Assembly (NCBI GenBank): GCA_043779265.1
Contig: JAYWEM010000002.1
Location: forward strand, 1 to 50,500
Source: a bacterium
GTDB lineage: Bacteria; Eisenbacteria; RBG-16-71-46
Direction of reading: 5' to 3'
DNA: 50,500 bases
The position numbers and the translations under genes were made by a program. Each line of letters begins with the position of its first letter. The stretch's first letter is position 1. Positions 48,558-50,500 of this stretch are shown here, piece after piece. Below the pieces are notes generated by a model. The model did no database searches. It worked only from the letters and a program-made list of their open reading frames with translations, and was not told where the DNA came from.

Positions 48558-49790
48558 GTGAGCATGTCGCCCGAACGTCAGTTGGAGATTCTCTCGCAGG
48601 GCGCTGAGGAGATCCTGCCCGAAGGGGCGCTGCTCGAGCGCCTGCGCCTCGCAGCTCGCGAGAAGCGACCACTGCGGGTCAAGCAGGGGTTCGATCCCAC
48701 GGCTCCGGACATCCACCTCGGACACAGCGTCGGCCTTCGGAAATTGCGCCAGTTCCAGGAGCTCGGGCATCAGGTCGTGCTGATCGTGGGCGATTATACG
48801 GGTCTCGTCGGAGATCCCAGCGGACGCAGCAAGACGCGCCCTCGTCTCTCACCGGAGGACCTCGAGGGCAACGCGAAGACCTATCTCGAGCAGTTCTTCC
48901 GCGTCGTCCGGCGCGACCCCGCCCCCCCGATGCTCCCTGTGGAGGTGCATCGTAATGGGGAATGGTTCGCGCGAATGAGCTTCGCCGAGGTGATGACGCT
49001 CGCATCGCAATACACCGTTGCACGCGTGCTCGAGCGAGATGACTTCTCCAAGCGCTTCCGCGAGAAGCAGCCGATCAGTCTTCACGAACTGTTCTATCCG
49101 CTGATGCAGGGGTACGACTCGGTCGCGATTCGTGCCGACGTGGAGCTCGGGGGTACAGAGCAGAAATTCAATCTCATGGTCGGGAGAACGCTGCAGGAGA
49201 CCCACGGACAACTGGCCCAAGTCGTCCTCACGCTTCCGATTCTGCCGGGATTGGACGGTCGGCAACGCATGAGCAAGAGCCTTGGCAACTACATCGGCGT
49301 GCTCGATGCGCCCTCCGACATGTTCGGCAAGGTGATGAGCCTCCCGGACGCGGTCCTGGGCCTTTACTGGCGCCTGGTGGCGGGAGCCTCACCCGAGGAA
49401 CTGTCCGCCGTGGAGAACGAACTGGCCTCGGCTGAGACGAACCCCATCGTGGTCAAGAAACGGCTTGGCAACCGCCTTGTTGCGCTCTACTACGGTGAAA
49501 CCGCCGCTGATGCCGCCCAGATGTCCTTCGAGACCCAGTTCGGGAAGCGGGGGGTTCCGGATGACGTGCGCGAGCACAAACGGCTCCCTGGTTCGGTCTG
49601 GATCCAGCAACTACTGGTGGAGACCGGGCTTGCGAAGTCGGGCAGCGACGCGCGCCGGGCTGTCGAGAACGAGCGGAGCGTCGAGGTGGAGGGCGTCCGG
49701 ATCACGGATCCGCAGCACCAGGTTGGGTTGACGGTCCCGGCCGTGCTGAGGCGTGGGCGTCGCATGGTCCGCGTGGTGCCCGAAGATTGA
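48558..49790 (+). CDS. tyrS: Tyrosine--tRNA ligase
   Basis: GGAGGAG SD; GFDPTAPDIHLGH, GDPSG, YPLMQGYD, GGTEQ, RMSKS, C-terminal S4 domain. Confidence 0.97.
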   Translation: MSMSPERQLEILSQGAEEILPEGALLERLRLAAREKRPLRVKQGFDPTAPDIHLGHSVGLRKLRQFQELGHQVVLIVGDYTGLVGDPSGRSKTRPRLSPEDLEGNAKTYLEQFFRVVRRDPAPPMLPVEVHRNGEWFARMSFAEVMTLASQYTVARVLERDDFSKRFREKQPISLHELFYPLMQGYDSVAIRADVELGGTEQKFNLMVGRTLQETHGQLAQVVLTLPILPGLDGRQRMSKSLGNYIGVLDAPSDMFGKVMSLPDAVLGLYWRLVAGASPEELSAVENELASAETNPIVVKKRLGNRLVALYYGETAADAAQMSFETQFGKRGVPDDVREHKRLPGSVWIQQLLVETGLAKSGSDARRAVENERSVEVEGVRITDPQHQVGLTVPAVLRRGRRMVRVVPED

Positions 49791-49838
49791 ACTAACCCAT
49801 TGCCCTGCAAGCTGAAGCGGAGAAGTGAGGGAGGGCCC

Positions 49839-49867
49839 TTGACACCGAAGAGCTCCCCACCTATATT
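49839..49867 (+). promoter_or_regulatory. rRNA operon promoter P1
   Basis: TTGACA, 17 bp, TATATT, GC-rich discriminator. Confidence 0.8.
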
Positions 49868-49905
49868 GCCCGGGCTGCAGGAACAAGCCCTCCGCAAGAA
49901 CGTAG

Positions 49906-49934
49906 TTGACTTCTCGCATTTTGAAGGCTAGGTT
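49906..49934 (+). promoter_or_regulatory. rRNA operon promoter P2
   Basis: TTGACT, 17 bp, TAGGTT. Confidence 0.7.
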
Positions 49935-49940
49935 CCCCGT

Positions 49941-49990
49941 CCGCTTCTCGCCATGCGAGGGGCGGGCTCAGCATCTCCGCTCTTTGAAAA
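49941..49990 (+). promoter_or_regulatory. rRNA leader antitermination elements: boxB-like hairpin and boxA
   Basis: Hairpin CCGCTTCTCGC/GCGAGGGGCGG (49941-49965); GCTCTTTGAAAA (49979-49990). Confidence 0.75.
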
Positions 49991-50121
49991 TTGAATAGCG
50001 CACGTGACTCTGAAAGCCCGGCAAATCCGCGTTGGCGATTCAGTGTTTAGAATCGTCGACGACAACTTTGCAATAACGATCCGCGTATCGAGGTTCGCCT
50101 CGGTACGTGATCTCCATATTT

Positions 50122-50500
50122 ACCATGGAGAGTTTGATCCTGGCTCAGAACGAACGCTGGCGGCGTGGATTAGGCATGCAAGTCGAACGCGAAAGAGGGA
50201 GCAATCCCTTGAGTAGAGTGGCGAACGGGTGAGTAACGCGTGAGAAACCTGCCCTCAGCAGGGGGATAACAGTCCCAACGGATTGCTAATACCGCATGAG
50301 ACCACGGGACCGCATGGTCCTGGGGTCAAAGGTGGCCTCTGCTTGCAAGCTACCGGCTGAGGATGGTCTCGCGTCCCATTAGCTAGTTGGCGGGGTAATG
50401 GCCCACCAAGGCGACGATGGGTAGCTGGTCTGAGAGGATGGTCAGCCACACTGGGACTGAGATACGGCCCAGACTCCTACGGGAGGCAGCAGTCGAGAGG
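50122..50500 (+). rRNA. rrs: 16S rRNA gene, 5' part (truncated by window end)
   Basis: AGAGTTTGATCCTGGCTCAG at 50129, GGCGAACGGGTGAGTAA, ACTCCTACGGGAGGCAGCAG; 5' end estimated. Confidence 0.99.

Noticed and set aside
50004..50449. Short ORFs 50004-50216 and 50255-50449
   Set aside because: They overlap the rRNA leader and 16S gene and are spurious.

Overview
High-GC bacterial chromosome segment made almost entirely of core metabolism genes; no CRISPR array, prophage, integrase or IS element was seen. In order: 3'-truncated MdlA/YheI-type ABC exporter and an upstream secreted/outer-membrane protein (minus); D-2-hydroxyacid dehydrogenase-mobA-lysA; a tandem pair of XRE-cupin regulators divergent from etfBA; a complex I operon nuoA-H,J-N lacking nuoI; moaC-moeA (minus); membrane protein, sensorless sigma-54 activator and AlaX editing protein; a degenerate DEAD-box helicase and mutM (minus); a peptidoglycan-recycling operon (murQ, CUT1 sugar ABC binding protein and two permeases, anmK, SpoIID/LytB lipoprotein); tRNA-Asp; a 74-aa extremely acidic protein; agmatinase and an RlmI-like methyltransferase; DUF4126-mazG-DUF1844 (minus); alr-deoB-cdd-deoC-pdp; PBP1A (minus); tyrS; tandem rRNA promoters, boxA and the 5' end of a 16S rRNA gene. 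The most notable items are a DeoC with a microcompartment-type encapsulation peptide outside any shell locus, the DDAD pseudo-helicase, the stand-alone polyacidic microprotein, the candidate (anhydro)MurNAc ABC importer, the nuoI-less complex I with a Cys-rich NuoG, and a probable ATT start codon. All calls are from motif recognition by eye; no database searches were run.
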